Source: Octopus sinensis (lineage: Eukaryota). From it: a DNA stretch of 6,860 nucleotides. The stretch's first letter is position 1; every line of letters starts with the position of its first letter. Location: the NCBI RefSeq assembly GCF_006345805.1, contig NW_021829185.1, positions 1 through 6,860 of the forward strand, written 5' to 3'. The notes under the pieces are model-generated. The model was not told where the DNA came from and made no database searches. It was given only the letters and a program-made list of their open reading frames with translations. This document shows, piece after piece, positions 6,593-6,860 of this stretch. Both the position numbers and the translations under genes were made by a program.

Positions 6593-6815
6593 TACCTCAT
6601 TATTATAATATATTAGTATTAAGAGTTACCAGGAAAAAGTTTGACGCTTCGGTTTGCTTGCATTTATCAGAAGGTCCCAAGAAAGCAAACATGTTGATCC
6701 TTCGATTACACTGTCAAAATTTTCTTGCAAAAGTTAAAAGGTAAACGGCAAAAAGGTGTCCGTTGCATTGTTTTTATGTAAAATTTCACACTAATATCAA
6801 CATGTATGCACAGCC

Positions 6816-6860
6816 GCATATACATACACACACACACACACACATATATATACAAATGTA
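6816..6860. repeat. CA/TA microsatellite running to the window end
   Basis: catatatacatacacacacacacacacacatatatatac. Confidence 0.9.

Overview
AT-rich animal non-coding DNA, probably intronic or intergenic. It is very likely from an octopus or other coleoid cephalopod, because the SINE families match repeats I recall from octopus genomes and TA/TG/TATC microsatellites are very dense. I can support no intact protein-coding gene, RNA gene, CRISPR array or prokaryotic system. The ORFs in the track are microsatellite translations or chance frames, some crossing decayed elements. The window is a layered transposon graveyard. (1) A heavily decayed hAT (Buster/Charlie, ZBED5/SCAND3/FAM200-like) transposase remnant lies on the minus strand at about 1290-2790. 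Two oppositely oriented copies of one tRNA-derived SINE family interrupt it, with one clear and one candidate 7-bp target-site duplication. (2) Two copies of a second tRNA-derived SINE family carry an internal microsatellite. (3) There is an apparently complete 380-bp non-autonomous Helitron. (4) An orphan SINE/LINE 3' tail has a hairpin with compensatory changes. (5) A degraded tRNA-like SINE head and a degraded MITE-like element are also present. Family assignments come from manual reading and remembered consensus motifs, not from database searches. I see no evidence of a wholly new biological system. The best leads are the fossil transposase, the inverted SINE pair and the covarying tail hairpin.
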